A stretch of DNA of 64,000 nt, from positions 144,520 through 208,519 of the forward strand of contig DHKY01000006.1 of assembly GCA_002404995.1 (NCBI GenBank), written 5' to 3'. Of the stretch, positions 18,362 through 27,572 are shown in pieces; position 1 is the first letter of the stretch, and each line of letters starts with the position of its first letter. The DNA comes from Bacillales bacterium UBA4682. GTDB lineage: Bacteria > Bacillota_I > Bacilli_A > RFN20 > CAG-288. Under the pieces are notes generated by a model. It had not been told where the DNA came from. It saw only the letters and a program-made list of their open reading frames with translations, and did no database searches. The position numbers and the translations under genes are program-made.

Positions 18362-18650
18362 TGTGGATAAAATAGGAAAAAGCACCAGCTTATCCACAAC
18401 ATATTTGTATCTGTGATTTCTACTGTTTTTGTCTGTGTTTTTTCCTGTTTTAAGCCAATTTTCTCAAAAATTAAAATATAGTAAAATTCATAAAATAATC
18501 AGTTATCCACAAATCCACCGGTCCTTATTGTTGTCCTTATTTTCCTAATTTAACTATTTGAAGGAAATCCAGAAAAAGAAAAACAGATTTCACGCGTTAA
18601 ATAGGTCTTTTATAAAACATATATTTTCTTTATAATATATATATTCAAAG
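18362..18650. promoter_or_regulatory. oriC downstream segment: DnaA boxes plus an AT-rich candidate unwinding region
   Basis: TGTGGATAA at 18362-18370. TTATCCACA at 18390-18398 and 18503-18511 (the latter followed by AATCCACCG). Very AT-rich run tataaaacatatattttctttataatatatatatt at about 18610-18645. Confidence 0.75.
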
Positions 18651-18663
18651 GGAGCCTATACTC

Positions 18664-19824
18664 ATGAAACTTACAATTAAACGAAATGAATTTCTTCGCA
18701 GGCTGAGCTTTACTGCCCAGGCTGTTCCTTCCCGCTCTGCGGAAGCTCAATACAGGAACTATCTGATCGATGTCAAAGAGGATGGAGTTTCCGTCATCGC
18801 CAGCGACGGAGACAGGTCCTGCAAAGCTTCTTCGCCAAGGAAAGACGAAAAAGGAAATGATATCATTTTCAGCCTAGAGCCAGGCCTGATTCAGGTCCAG
18901 GCAAAGACCCTTCTTGAAATCAGGGCCAAACTATCTTCGGACATTGTTACCCTTGTCAGGGTCGACACAAACTTCCTGAATGTCTCCGATGATGTCTCGA
19001 ACTATAACCTGATCACAAAAGCCGGAGAAGAATATCCGGATGTTGCTTTATCGGTTCCCGAAGGAAAAATGGGATTCAAAGTCCAGGTGAAGGACAGGAA
19101 AAAGCTCTTCGATACCACGGCTTATGCTGCAGCTTCGAGAGGACCTAAACCACTCTTCTTCGGTGTCAATGTCCGTGCTCAGGGCGGTAAGCTTTACTTC
19201 TTGGCTACGGATTCTTATCGTAGGGCAAGAAATGCTGTCTCTGTCGAAGACCAGGCTGCTGAATTCAACTTCACCTGCTCGGTCAAGACCCTTAACAGGG
19301 TTACCGGACTCAATCCGGAAGAAAGGGTCACGATTTACCTTGATGATCAGCGTGCCCTCTTTGTCGGAAAGAACTGCAGGGTCTCTACCCGTTTGATTCA
19401 AGGCGACTTCCCGACACCGGATCGCATCATTCCGCCTTCCTTCCCATACCAGGTCACTCTGAAGGCACAGGAATTCCTTGTCGCGGCAGACCGTGTCAAG
19501 ATTATCATCCTGAATGCCGATGACCGGAACAACCGTGTCCGCTTGACTTTAAGCAAAGACTCTGGCGTGACAATCAGTGCAAATTCCACTTCTATGGGCA
19601 ACGCTTCCGAAACCCTCAAACCTCTGTCTCTAGTCAGGCCTGAAAACGAGAATGTCTTTGAAGTCGGCTTCAATGTCGACTATGTGACTGCTGCTGTCAA
19701 AGCTCTTCAGAGCGATGAAATCACGCTGACCTTCTCTTCTCCTAATCGCAGGTTCATGGCCAAGAACAAGGATCCAGAGAATATCCAGATCATCACTCCA
19801 ATCCGTCTCTCTTCCTACAATTAA
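18664..19824 (+). CDS. dnaN: DNA polymerase III beta sliding clamp
   Basis: Position immediately after dnaA, 386 aa. Motifs such as LATDSYR[M]A are typical of DnaN. Confidence 0.93.
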   Translation: MKLTIKRNEFLRRLSFTAQAVPSRSAEAQYRNYLIDVKEDGVSVIASDGDRSCKASSPRKDEKGNDIIFSLEPGLIQVQAKTLLEIRAKLSSDIVTLVRVDTNFLNVSDDVSNYNLITKAGEEYPDVALSVPEGKMGFKVQVKDRKKLFDTTAYAAASRGPKPLFFGVNVRAQGGKLYFLATDSYRRARNAVSVEDQAAEFNFTCSVKTLNRVTGLNPEERVTIYLDDQRALFVGKNCRVSTRLIQGDFPTPDRIIPPSFPYQVTLKAQEFLVAADRVKIIILNADDRNNRVRLTLSKDSGVTISANSTSMGNASETLKPLSLVRPENENVFEVGFNVDYVTAAVKALQSDEITLTFSSPNRRFMAKNKDPENIQIITPIRLSSYN

Positions 19825-19836
19825 CGAACAACGATT

Positions 19837-21243
19837 ATGAAGCAGAAAGGGATTTCCCTCCGCAGGTGGTTCTTCCTCATTCTTATCGGACTTGTCGGAC
19901 AACTCGCCTGGTCATTGGAAAATAGGTATCTGAATACCTTCATCACCTATATCAACTTCTCTTCTCCGGTCGGAGAACGATTTGATTATTCGAGGTATAT
20001 TGCTCTTACGACTGCCTTTTCCGCAATTGTCGCCACATTGACGACGATTTTCAGGGGAACCTTGACGGATAAAATCGGGCACCGGAGAGAATTCATTTCC
20101 GGGGGCTATCTTCTTTGGGGCATTGCGACGGCATGCTTTGGACTGCTGAATGTCAATTCGGTAAACAGAATAATTCCACTTGCGATGGGCTCTGCTTTGG
20201 CCGCGGTCTGGGTCATTATCCTTGATTGCACAAGGACATTCTTCGGATCGACCGCAAATGATGCTGCCTTCAACTCCTATGTCACAAAGAATATCGGACA
20301 GAAGGACAAAGGAAAAGCCGAAGGCGTACTTTCGGTTCTGCCTTTGATTTCCAGGCTGATTCTGTTTGTTGGCTTTAACGGACTGACTACGGATTCAAAG
20401 ACAGGTGTCCATGATGCAAGATGGGACCTTTTCTTCTATTTGATCGGCGGTGTTGTCATTCTTGCCGGCATTGTTTCCTTTTTCCTGATTCCAAAGGAAA
20501 AAGAAGATGAGAACAAACATCAAAACGAAAATTATCTTTCCCTCCTTGTCGAAGGATTCAAACCAAAAACTATCAAAGAAAACAAATCCCTTTATCTTGT
20601 TCTTCTCATCTATTTTGTCTTTGGTACTGCAAACAATGTCTTCTTCCCCTACCTGATGGTCTATCTTGAACATACCTGTAAGATTGCCAACACGGCGGAA
20701 AGCGGAATTCTGACTCCTTTTGCAATCGTCAGGGCAATTGCCCTCTTAGTCGGTTCTCTTCTGACCGTCCTTCTCGGATTTATCTCAGACAAAATAGGAA
20801 AGAAAAAGAGGATTCTTCCTGTTTTTGCTTTGTATGGCATCTCACTTGTCAGGATGGCTTTGATTCCTGAAGTCGGAAACGATGGAAGCACAATCCGTAC
20901 GGTCTATGCAACCATTTCCGGATTATTGATGATTTTCGGATTTGTCGGAATACCGACCATCATCAACGCCTTAGTCCGTGAAAAGATTCCAGAAGGAAAA
21001 GAAGGTGTCTTCAGGGGTGTCAGAAGGCTCTTTGTCGTTGCTTTGCCTAGGTGCATCGGCCCGTTTATCGGTGATGCATTTAATTCCCGTTATGGCGGTA
21101 GCTTCGTTGATCCGGTTTTCCCGGAAGTCAGGAACCAGACGCCATCGAGCTATGGATACTATAGGGGACTTGGCATCCTGGCGTTGAGCATTATTCCGAT
21201 TTGCTTCTATTTCCGGGAGGAAAAGAAAACATGCAATGCGTAA
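19837..21243 (+). CDS. MFS-type transporter (probably a glycoside/sugar symporter)
   Basis: About 12 hydrophobic segments. Loop motif GTLTDKIGHRREF. Overlaps and precedes a GH2 glycosidase gene. Confidence 0.75.
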   Translation: MKQKGISLRRWFFLILIGLVGQLAWSLENRYLNTFITYINFSSPVGERFDYSRYIALTTAFSAIVATLTTIFRGTLTDKIGHRREFISGGYLLWGIATACFGLLNVNSVNRIIPLAMGSALAAVWVIILDCTRTFFGSTANDAAFNSYVTKNIGQKDKGKAEGVLSVLPLISRLILFVGFNGLTTDSKTGVHDARWDLFFYLIGGVVILAGIVSFFLIPKEKEDENKHQNENYLSLLVEGFKPKTIKENKSLYLVLLIYFVFGTANNVFFPYLMVYLEHTCKIANTAESGILTPFAIVRAIALLVGSLLTVLLGFISDKIGKKKRILPVFALYGISLVRMALIPEVGNDGSTIRTVYATISGLLMIFGFVGIPTIINALVREKIPEGKEGVFRGVRRLFVVALPRCIGPFIGDAFNSRYGGSFVDPVFPEVRNQTPSSYGYYRGLGILALSIIPICFYFREEKKTCNA

Positions 21244-22997
21244 AAAACAAAGGCATCAATAACGGATATCTTTTGAAGGACGAAGAATACAAGCCCGATA
21301 CGGATCATCCGCTTACGGAACATCCCAATCCCTCGTTTCAACGGGAGTCTTATGTCTGCCTGAATGGAAAATGGGATTTTACTAGGTCCACAGAAGACTA
21401 TCTTCCTCTTTCCTATGATGAACAGATCAGGGTTCCTTTTGCCGTTGAAACCATAGATTCCTTAGTGAACCAGTTAGTGAATCCGGATGACTACAGGTAT
21501 TATCACAAAGTCGTTTTTCTTCCGGAAAACTTCACCAAAGATAAAATCATCCTTCATTTCGAAGGAGTTGATCAGATCTGCTCTGTCTTCCTTAATCATC
21601 AGCTTGTTCTGACACATGAAGGCGGTAGGACTCCTTTTCAGGTCGAAGTCTCTCCATCCTCTTTCCCGCTTGATATTGTCTTGCGGGTTAAGGATAGGAC
21701 GGACTCTCTTTATTACACAAACGGAAAGCAGACTCTTAAGCCATCCGGATGGAAATATTCCTCTTCTTCCGGCGTCTATAAGCCAATCTGGAGGGAGAAC
21801 GTCTCTTCCTTTCATCTGACCGGCTTCTCTTTTATGGAAGACATCGACCATCATGGGGTGAAAGTCCTTGTCAAAGCCAATGACAAGGGAACAGCCAAAG
21901 TCCAGATTCTGAATAGCGAATACGAAGTCGAAATCGGGAAAGAGACTTTCCTGTATCTGAACGAAGAACTTCATCTCTGGAGCGATAAAGATCCCTACCT
22001 CTATAGCGTGAAGCTCAGCTATCGAGACGATATTGTCTATTCCTATTTCGGATTGAGAAAAATGGAAATCAAGGATAAGAACGGATACCAGCGTCTTTAT
22101 CTGAATGGATGTCCTGTTTTCCTATCTGGTCTTCTTGATCAAGGATACTATGGTACTTCCAGGCTGACCCCTGCTTCTTATCAGGAATATCTGAATGATA
22201 TCCTGAAAGCAAAGGAGAGGGGATTCAACTGCCTTAGAATCCATAGGAAAACCGAGATTCCATACTTCTACTATCTTGCTGACCGTTACGGAATTCTTTT
22301 GATTCAGGACTTCCCCTGCGGAGGCTACCGCCCGAAGTTCATTCCAACCATTCTTCCCCGCCTTTTCCCATCGTATTCGAAGGAAAAACACATCCATCGG
22401 GAAAAGCTAGGACGGAAGGACGATGCGTCCTTGGTGGTATTTGAAAACGAAAGGAAGGAATGGATACCTTTCTTCCACAATCATCCCTCTATCATCAGGG
22501 AGACGATTTTCAATGAAGGCTGGGGCGAAGCAAATCCTTCTTATTACTATGATCTAGCGAAGAAGATAGATCCGAAGAGGCTCTTTGACACAGCTTCTGG
22601 ATGGTATGAGGCAGATCGTTCCGATGTTTTTTCCATCCATACTTACACAATACCGAACAGGAAACGGAAGAACACGTTCCATCGTCTCTTCATCCTAAGC
22701 GAAATCGGCGGAATCGGACTGAAAGAAGAAGGCTTCCCTTATCCGAAGAGGTTCGGACATTCCAATGCCAAGAATCGGGAGGATCTGAAGAACAAGAGGA
22801 CGAAGCTTTATCACAAAGATGTTCTTCCTCAAATCAAGGAACAAGGATTAAATGGTGTCATCTACACGGAACTGAGTGACTGTGAGACGGAAGCAAACGG
22901 CTTACTGGACTATAATCGGACACATCAGAAAATCGATAGTGAGACAAGGACGAAGCTGAATAAGGAACTCTATGACGAGTTTGCATCAAGGGAGTAG
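21231..22997 (+). CDS. glycoside hydrolase family 2 protein
   Basis: Sugar-binding-domain motif FEGVD...VFLN...HEGG.TPF. TIM-barrel motifs GFNCLRIH and FNEGWGE. I prefer the ATG at 21231 (GGAGG at 21216-21220) over the track's TTG at 21201. Confidence 0.8.
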   Translation: MQCVKNKGINNGYLLKDEEYKPDTDHPLTEHPNPSFQRESYVCLNGKWDFTRSTEDYLPLSYDEQIRVPFAVETIDSLVNQLVNPDDYRYYHKVVFLPENFTKDKIILHFEGVDQICSVFLNHQLVLTHEGGRTPFQVEVSPSSFPLDIVLRVKDRTDSLYYTNGKQTLKPSGWKYSSSSGVYKPIWRENVSSFHLTGFSFMEDIDHHGVKVLVKANDKGTAKVQILNSEYEVEIGKETFLYLNEELHLWSDKDPYLYSVKLSYRDDIVYSYFGLRKMEIKDKNGYQRLYLNGCPVFLSGLLDQGYYGTSRLTPASYQEYLNDILKAKERGFNCLRIHRKTEIPYFYYLADRYGILLIQDFPCGGYRPKFIPTILPRLFPSYSKEKHIHREKLGRKDDASLVVFENERKEWIPFFHNHPSIIRETIFNEGWGEANPSYYYDLAKKIDPKRLFDTASGWYEADRSDVFSIHTYTIPNRKRKNTFHRLFILSEIGGIGLKEEGFPYPKRFGHSNAKNREDLKNKRTKLYHKDVLPQIKEQGLNGVIYTELSDCETEANGLLDYNRTHQKIDSETRTKLNKELYDEFASRE

Positions 22998-23000
22998 GAT

Positions 23001-26000
23001 ATGGATAAAAATCAAGCACTGCGGCTCTGGGAGAGCCTATATGGAGAGAAGACGATTGCTTATGATTTCGCTGCACAGGAAATCCATAAGGAAGACTATA
23101 GGAATACGGATTCCTTCTATTGCTGGAGAGAGGACTATATCCGTCCTCTGACGAGCGGAGGAAGGAATGTCCCTTCCAATCTCAGGATTGAAAGTCAGTC
23201 GAGCTATGATAGGCGACAGGGAAAGTCCAATTTCCGTATTGGAAACGCAATCTTTGAAGTCCGGAAAGGGAAAAGATTTGGAACCTATGCGCTTTTTGAT
23301 GTCACTGACCGGAATCATCCTTTCAATAGGGAACCGAACCTGGACAATCAGAACGAGTTCTATAACCGAAATCGCTTCAATCTGATTTATGGAAAGAAGC
23401 AGGAAAGATTCAATCTGAAGAATCCATCGTCTATCGGCGAAGCTTATTTCAAGGAGAATACGAAGGATCTTGTCTCGGATCAGCCTATTATCGAGATGCC
23501 TTTGGAAGAAGATGGTCCTGCTATTCTGAATGAAGTGAAGGAAGAATATTCAATCCACGAACAGGAAGAAAAGAAGGAAGAAGCTCCTATCCAGGATTCT
23601 AGGAATTCACCTGCCATGGAAGAAAAAACGGCAAGTCAGGAACCGATGGAAGAAAAGCTTCTGGAAGAAGCAGAAAAAGAAGCTCCGGTAGCAGAGGAAA
23701 AGCAACCAGTCTCTTTAAATGAGGAAGAAGCCCCGGCTTCGTTGGCTCCTTCTTCTAGTGTAAAGCAGCCGATTTCCTTTGCCGAGGAAGACAGAATCGA
23801 TGAACTGAATGCAGAGATTCTTTCGCTTCAGAATGAATTGGATGCTCTTCAGGACAAGATCATCCATCTTGAAAACGAAAACAACGAGCTCAGTAGCAAG
23901 AACGAGGAACTGACGGCTTCTTATAAAGAGAAGAATGATACTCTATCGGCTAAGGTCTCTTCTTTAAGCGAAGAGGCTTTATCGAAAGCCAAAGAAAAAG
24001 AAGAGATCCTTCTCCAATTAGAAACTAGGAAGAAAGAAAAAGAAGAAGCCCTGAAACAGACTGAGGCAATATCGTCGTCCTATGATGAAGAGAAGACAAA
24101 GCTTCTCAAAGAGAACCAAGAGAGGCAAAGCCAGCTGACTTGTTATCAGCAAGAGAAGGATAAGCTAAATGAAGAACTCAGTCAGCTGAAAGAAGAGAAG
24201 GAAACTCTTTCTTCTTCTTTCGCTACCTATAAGGAAGAAAGCGAAAAAGACAGAAATCTCGTTTCTGTTTCCTATCAGGAACAGTCTTCTTCTTTGAAGA
24301 ACGAAAATGAAGAGCTGAAAACCAAGATTCAGGAAAACGAAACTCGGATTACTTCTTTGGAATCTGCTTTAAGCCAGAAAGAGCAGGAAGCAAGCGATAA
24401 GGAAGCACAATCCGCGGCTGCTAACTCCTCCCTGCAGGCTGAAAATGACAAACTCAAACAGGAAATCCTTCTTCTCAACGATAGCATTGCAGCTAGGAAG
24501 AAGGAGAGGGATGAAAAAAACAAGAGCTACGATGACCTTGAGAAGAACTACTCCCAGCTCGATGCCCAATCCGTTCTTGTTGATGACCAGAAAGCCCAGC
24601 TGGAAGAGGAAATCAAGAATCTGAATGATTCCCTTCATGATACCAGTAATGAGCTCTATGACATCAAGAACGAGAACGAGAACAACAAACAGGCCATCTT
24701 GGATTATCAAAGCCGAATCAAAGACAGGACCGAGGAAAACAAGCAGGTTGCCTCTTCTTTGAATGCAAGGAAAGAAGAACGGGATCATAGGAGGAAGACT
24801 TCCAGGGATTACAACACCAAGTATACGAACCTTCTTTCCGATAATGAAAAAGAAAAAGAGCAATGGGAAAAGGAAAAGAAGGACTATATCCAGGAAATCT
24901 CGACTCTGACAGAGGCCAAAGACAATCTTAGCAGTCAGCTCGATGACAAGAAGAAGAAGTATCTCTTCTACTTCTCCGGCGGAGATGAAGAATACTATGA
25001 CTCTTTCCTATTCTATAGGGGAGATCACTCCTATCCTTTCGATGAAGAGCATGTTCTCAAAGCAGTCAGCGAAAATCCGTTCTGGAAGCGGAAAGAAGAC
25101 AAGAATGTCTATCCTCTCCGCGGACAGAGGAAAGAAGTCATCGACGAAGATGTCGCTTCTATTGAAAAGAAACGGAAAGCATCGGTACTCAGTGCTCCTG
25201 TCTTTGAATATCTTTACGGAAAGGACAAGAAGGAAGCCTGTGATTTTGCCGGACGTGTCATCAAGAAGGATGATTTCGAACGGGAAGACAGTCCTTATGG
25301 CTGGGACTATAAGAGGTATGATCCGCTCTTAGACGAAAACAAGAAATCAAGCTACTTCATTGCCAATCTTCAGACTAGGAAGGATATTTCCCTGAAAGAA
25401 CCATTCAAGACTAACGGATACACCTACCGGCTTGAAAAAGGCGAACAAGGATACCGCTTCGCTTCCCTTGATGATGTCTATGATATCTATGATCTTCCTA
25501 AGGCAAGGGAGATTACCCGTTTCAATCAGAAGAAGACAACTCCTGTCCTTTACCTCTTTGTCCGGGTCGTACCAAACAGCGGAGAGGAAATCAAAAAAGA
25601 AGACCTTTCGGACTTCTTTGATCTCCTTGATAAGACCGTTCATCGTGCCTGTCCGCTTTCCTTCAGGGAGAGGAAGAGCTCGATGCGCTCTCCTAAGGAC
25701 AGCTATGCTTTCCTTACCTTCGATGGCAGGAAAGAAGGTGCTTATCAGGAAGTGCTGAGCTATGCCACGCTGATCAATTCCTACCGGAATGCCTTCAAGA
25801 AAGAGAGAAAGCTCAATGCCATCCTTGTCTTAGACCAGGTCATGCTTCCCTTCTCTTATCGTCACCTTACGTTCGAAAACAGGCTTACAGAAACCAATGA
25901 CAGCGACAGGAGAGCAGTCTATTATCATCTTCTCCAGGTTTCCAGGATTGATTCCACAATCAAACGGACCATCCATATCGGACCGGAGATTCTGCCTAGG

Positions 26001-26123
26001 TTGAACATTCCTAAGGAAAGGCTTGGAGAGTCCAAGTTCATCAACGGCAATTTTGCCCTGATTTACAACTTCAAAGAGAACTACGTCCTTTACAACTACG
26101 GGTACGAAATCAAGAAACAATAG
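23001..26123 (+). CDS. large cytoplasmic coiled-coil protein with two copies of a degenerate HNH-like module
   Basis: 1040 aa with no signal peptide. About 550 aa of E/K/L/S-rich heptad-like sequence (roughly 23750..24950). N-terminal LYGEKTIAYDFAAQEI...YCWREDYIRPLTSGG is repeated as LYGKDKKEACDFAGRVI...YGWDYKRYDPL after the coiled coil. Confidence 0.85.
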   Translation: MDKNQALRLWESLYGEKTIAYDFAAQEIHKEDYRNTDSFYCWREDYIRPLTSGGRNVPSNLRIESQSSYDRRQGKSNFRIGNAIFEVRKGKRFGTYALFDVTDRNHPFNREPNLDNQNEFYNRNRFNLIYGKKQERFNLKNPSSIGEAYFKENTKDLVSDQPIIEMPLEEDGPAILNEVKEEYSIHEQEEKKEEAPIQDSRNSPAMEEKTASQEPMEEKLLEEAEKEAPVAEEKQPVSLNEEEAPASLAPSSSVKQPISFAEEDRIDELNAEILSLQNELDALQDKIIHLENENNELSSKNEELTASYKEKNDTLSAKVSSLSEEALSKAKEKEEILLQLETRKKEKEEALKQTEAISSSYDEEKTKLLKENQERQSQLTCYQQEKDKLNEELSQLKEEKETLSSSFATYKEESEKDRNLVSVSYQEQSSSLKNENEELKTKIQENETRITSLESALSQKEQEASDKEAQSAAANSSLQAENDKLKQEILLLNDSIAARKKERDEKNKSYDDLEKNYSQLDAQSVLVDDQKAQLEEEIKNLNDSLHDTSNELYDIKNENENNKQAILDYQSRIKDRTEENKQVASSLNARKEERDHRRKTSRDYNTKYTNLLSDNEKEKEQWEKEKKDYIQEISTLTEAKDNLSSQLDDKKKKYLFYFSGGDEEYYDSFLFYRGDHSYPFDEEHVLKAVSENPFWKRKEDKNVYPLRGQRKEVIDEDVASIEKKRKASVLSAPVFEYLYGKDKKEACDFAGRVIKKDDFEREDSPYGWDYKRYDPLLDENKKSSYFIANLQTRKDISLKEPFKTNGYTYRLEKGEQGYRFASLDDVYDIYDLPKAREITRFNQKKTTPVLYLFVRVVPNSGEEIKKEDLSDFFDLLDKTVHRACPLSFRERKSSMRSPKDSYAFLTFDGRKEGAYQEVLSYATLINSYRNAFKKERKLNAILVLDQVMLPFSYRHLTFENRLTETNDSDRRAVYYHLLQVSRIDSTIKRTIHIGPEILPRLNIPKERLGESKFINGNFALIYNFKENYVLYNYGYEIKKQ

Positions 26124-26161
26124 AATAATTTCACGTGAAATAGAAAGAGAGAATAGATTAT

Positions 26162-27355
26162 ATGGATATTGTCGAACGCTTTAAATCCTACGTCGAAGTC
26201 GATACGAAAGCAGGAGAACCGAAAGAAGACAGTGCTTCGGATCCTAAAATCCTGAACTTATCCGAAAAGCTCTTAGAGGAACTACAGAAACTGAATCCGG
26301 ATGAGATTTCCGTCAACCGCTTTGGCATCGTCGATGCAAAGTTCAAAGGAATTGGAGACAAGCCTAGGATTGCTCTTCTTGCCCACAGGGACACATCACC
26401 GCAAGCTAGCGATACGAATGTCAAAACCAAAATCGATGTCTATGAAGGCAAGGATATTGTCTTAGGCGATGGAAAGGTCCTGTCCGAAAAGGAATTCCCG
26501 CTCTTAGCCCGTTCCCTTCATCATTCCATCATCCATAGCGATGGAACGACCTTATTAGGAGGAGACGATAAAGCCGGTATTGCGATTATCAGGGATAGCT
26601 TAACGGATATTATTGAGAACAAGATTCCGCATCGTCCGCTTGAAATCATCTTTACTACCGATGAGGAAATCGGTGTCGATGCCGAACATGTCTCAAGGGA
26701 AATCGTTCAAGCAAAGTATGGCTATACCATTGATGGCGGAGACAACAGCGCCGTCAATATCGAGACCTTCACGGCAAAAAGCAGGAAAGTCCATATCAAT
26801 GGAAAGTCCATTCATCCAGGTGAAGCGAAAGACAAGCTTGTCTCGGCTGTCAATGTCGCCATTGACTTCCAGAACGCTCTTCCGAAGTATCTTCGTCCGG
26901 AACATACGGAAAACAAGGAGCCTTTCTATCATCTCTGCTCTTTGACCGGGAATGAAGAACATGCCGAGATGGATTACATCATCCGTTCCTTCAACGAACA
27001 GGAAATCAAGAGTCTTGCTGATCTAGCCTTATTCACAGCAAAGAGAAGGAATGAGCTCTTCAAAGAGGAAATCATCCAGGTTGAGATTGCTGATCAATAT
27101 CACAACAGGAAGACAGTCTTAGATAAGTATCCGGAAATCGTCAAAGAAAGGAAGGATGCCTATCAGAAGCTGAACAGGCCTGCTATTGAAGTTGCCGTCC
27201 GTGGCGGAACCACAGGAAGCCAGCTCTCCTTCAAGGGGCTGCCTTGTCCGAATCTTGGAACCGGTGATTATAACAGGCATGGTCCTTATGAATATGTCGA
27301 CATCGACCAGAGGAAGCAGAGGTCTCTGGTTGTTAAGGAACTAAGGAAAGCCTAG
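26162..27355 (+). CDS. pepT: peptidase T (M20B tripeptide aminopeptidase)
   Basis: Motifs F.SYV.VDT, LLAH[M]DTSP, GGDDKAGIAII[M], TTDEEIG and GGTTGSQLSFKGLPCPNLGTG. Confidence 0.93.
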   Translation: MDIVERFKSYVEVDTKAGEPKEDSASDPKILNLSEKLLEELQKLNPDEISVNRFGIVDAKFKGIGDKPRIALLAHRDTSPQASDTNVKTKIDVYEGKDIVLGDGKVLSEKEFPLLARSLHHSIIHSDGTTLLGGDDKAGIAIIRDSLTDIIENKIPHRPLEIIFTTDEEIGVDAEHVSREIVQAKYGYTIDGGDNSAVNIETFTAKSRKVHINGKSIHPGEAKDKLVSAVNVAIDFQNALPKYLRPEHTENKEPFYHLCSLTGNEEHAEMDYIIRSFNEQEIKSLADLALFTAKRRNELFKEEIIQVEIADQYHNRKTVLDKYPEIVKERKDAYQKLNRPAIEVAVRGGTTGSQLSFKGLPCPNLGTGDYNRHGPYEYVDIDQRKQRSLVVKELRKA

Positions 27356-27572
27356 AAGCTGGAAGCGTTTACACAAACCTAGAAAATTGTAAGAAAACTG
27401 CCTGTTTTTCCTAAAAACCCAAAGAAAATTCAACAAAAGAAAGAAAAACGAACAAAAAGCCCTATATATAATAGGTTTAAGAAAAGAAGCTTTGGCTTTT
27501 CAACAGGCAAAAAGGTAGTTAAAATTAAAAACTGAAACTATTTCGTTTTATCCGTTTAAGGAGGATGACAAG

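Noticed and set aside
23750-24950. Tandem DNA repeat or CRISPR-like periodicity in the GAA/AAG-rich stretch
   Set aside because: The bias reflects E/K-rich coiled-coil coding sequence in an uninterrupted ORF. There are no exact direct repeats with unique spacers.
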